Source: Squalus acanthias (lineage: Eukaryota). Taken from it: a DNA stretch of 64,000 bases. The notes beneath the pieces were generated by a model. That model did no database searches, was not told where the DNA came from, and saw only the letters and a list, made by a program, of their open reading frames with translations. The DNA is taken from the NCBI GenBank assembly GCA_030390025.1, contig CM059453.1, positions 6,572,001 to 6,636,000 of the forward strand. The letters run 5' to 3'. Made by a program: the position numbers and the translations under genes. Each line of letters begins with the position of its first letter. The stretch's first letter is position 1. This document shows, piece after piece, positions 62,378 to 64,000 of this stretch.

Positions 62378-62460
62378 GCTGCATACAGGTCCTCTTCACT
62401 TTGAGCTGACTGGTTTGATGGAGCCCCTCTCACACCAGTGTTTCTATATTTGTCTTGGCT
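62378..62460 (-). pseudogene. Remnant of terminal cytoplasmic exon, paralog of exon 8
   Basis: Upstream ctccacatctaacgcaataccttctgttacag matches ctccacatctaacacaaatgacttccgttacag at ~49208-49239. The translation aligns without gaps, with Tyr at codon 26 in both (EEDLYAA vs DEIVYAT). Confidence 0.75.
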
Positions 62461-62777
62461 CTGTAACAGAAGGTATTGCGTTAGATGTGGAGGTACTGAA
62501 CCGTGTGAGAGTGCGCTTACTGTACCAGAATAACTCGTTTTATTCCATCACTGCCGCCATTCTAATTATCCTGTTACGCTACTTCTGCCTCCAAAAGGAA
62601 ACCTTGGGCTTCTGCTAGCCCCGAGGACCGGCACGCAAAGAGTTATTGCCCCCTCCTTAACACTTAGCCGACTGATTTAGATAGCGTCGCGAACGTTCTG
62701 AGGAGCGGTACCAAACAACATTTGAGACCGACCAATAATGTCCCTTTATAAATGTATTAGGTTCATTTCCCACTTAC

Positions 62778-63035
62778 ATTGTACAGAAATTTGTGTGGAG
62801 CTGTTTGCGGTACCCAGGTTATTTTCAGCCACGCATCAATACTCCCCCTCATCTTCAGAACTAATGCTGTGAAATATCGGCTTTCGTTCACCGGTGGAAG
62901 ACCTGCTGATCTCTTTATCATCTCGGAGCAATGTTAAACTGACAGGCGGGATCCCCAGGGCCGTTCAGTATAATAATAACGATCTTCCTTCCACTGTTAC
63001 AACAGAGCAATTATCGCTTGGTTTCCACAGTGCAT
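62778..63035 (-). pseudogene. Ig exon paralogous to exon 4, with nonsense mutations
   Basis: Same length as exon 4 (258 nt); ttcag| and |gtaagt intact; VEGRSLLLY*TALG...SEDEGEY*CVAENNLGTANSSTQISVQ. TGA at 62965-67 replaces the B-strand Cys and TGA at 62836-38 replaces Trp. Confidence 0.9.
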
Positions 63036-63844
63036 CTGAAACACGCAAGAACATTGGTGTTACAGGAAAATGTCGGAGCAGAAGTTTAGAAACCAATCCG
63101 GTTGAAAACCAACGAAGAATATTAAAGCAGATCTGGTGTTTATATTGTCAACTGTAAATTGAAAAGCCAGCTTGAGATTGTTGTTGTTCCATCGACAAGC
63201 TTATTTAGATCTGAAGCATGCTTTAACTCAACCTTTCCTCCTCTTCTCTTCAAGGAGTTGTAGTGACTTCCTGGATGTGGTTCTGCTCCACCGATACGTC
63301 AATCAAGCGGCCATTCCTCCCAGAGCAAGAACAGTGGGCTCTCACATCCCTTAAGCAGAGCTGTTGAGGCCAATTGTAGTAACCCGACCATCGCCCCAGC
63401 CAACTCGACACAGACCATCTGTGTCAGGTACTCTCTGGCTGCAACTATATCAGGAATTAGGAGCCTTTGGAATAACATTTGACGTAAAAGACAACGATGG
63501 AGCGACCAATATTACTCTATGGGTCTGTGTCAATGTTAAACAATAGAACTTACAATAAATCTCGGACAGTCAATTTGATTAATTGATTATAGAAACATAC
63601 GCCATTCTGCACTTCGAGTCTGTTCCACGAATCAATTAGATCATGGTTAATCCATATCGTAACTCCTTCTACCCGCCTTTGCTTTATTGTAACCCTTAAT
63701 AGCCTTAACAAATAAAAAATCTATCCATCACAGTTTTGACATTTTCAATTTTCCAGGCCAGCTATCACTCCCCTGAGAATAAGGACAAGTTTGGATCCAA
63801 TCTACCAACAGGATAGCAGAATGAAGGTTACAGCAGTTACTTAC

Positions 63845-64000
63845 AGTCCAGATGTAAGTGTTTCTTGAACGGTAACCACGACACCATCAACAACAAGCTT
63901 ACATCCCATCCTTTTCCCTTTACGGTCCAGTGATGGAGTGAACGTGAATGTTGATGAAACCGTCCAGGAACCATTGACATTTTTCCACTGTGTCTTGAAG
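63845..64000 (-). pseudogene. 3' part of C2-set exon, paralog of exon 3
   Basis: NVNGSWTVSSTFTFTPSLDRKGKRMGCKLVVDG aligns with SSGSRTVSSVIIFTPSSANDGNILGCTILIDG. The gtaagt donor at 63844 is reached in phase 2 rather than 1, implying a frameshift. Confidence 0.8.

Larger units (their letters stand above)
62378..64000 (-). pseudogene. Convergent paralogous Siglec-like pseudogene, partial, running off the window end
   Basis: Exon remnants at 63845..>64000 (C2 domain), 62778..63035 (paralog of exon 4, two in-frame stops) and ~62378..62460 (paralog of exon 8). Confidence 0.85.

Noticed and set aside
62415-62618. Hydrophobic ORF (ITAAILIILL) as the pseudogene's TM exon
   Set aside because: Wrong strand; it overlaps the minus-strand intron and acceptor.

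Overview
Vertebrate genomic DNA, almost certainly from a shark or ray: it carries an HE1-type V-SINE and HER1-type LINE tails, SacSINE1/DeuSINE-like SINEs, many CR1 LINEs and Penelope-like ends. Most of the ORF track is transposon debris. From left to right: (1) ~3.06-18.33 kb is three head-to-tail copies of a ~5.1-kb unit built mostly from CR1/L2/SINE pieces, flanked by older diverged paralogous sequence; (2) 20.84-26.47 kb is a non-autonomous LTR retroelement with unequal LTRs, a decayed gag and a second divergent gag fragment where pol should be; (3) 31.45-49.38 kb (+) is an 8-coding-exon, phase-consistent, 534-aa Siglec/MAG/CD22-like type I receptor (signal, V-set, three C2/I-type Ig domains, uncharged TM, two ITIMs). 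It lacks the essential sialic-acid-binding Arg and has an in-frame TGA just before a terminal ITSM-like motif. A full-length CR1 sits inside one of its splice donors; (4) MITEs, minisatellites and a ~200-N assembly gap follow; (5) 62.4-64 kb (-) is a convergent paralogous pseudogene with stop codons and no membrane-proximal Ig, TM or first cytoplasmic exon. All exon joins and alignments were made by eye; no database searches were run.
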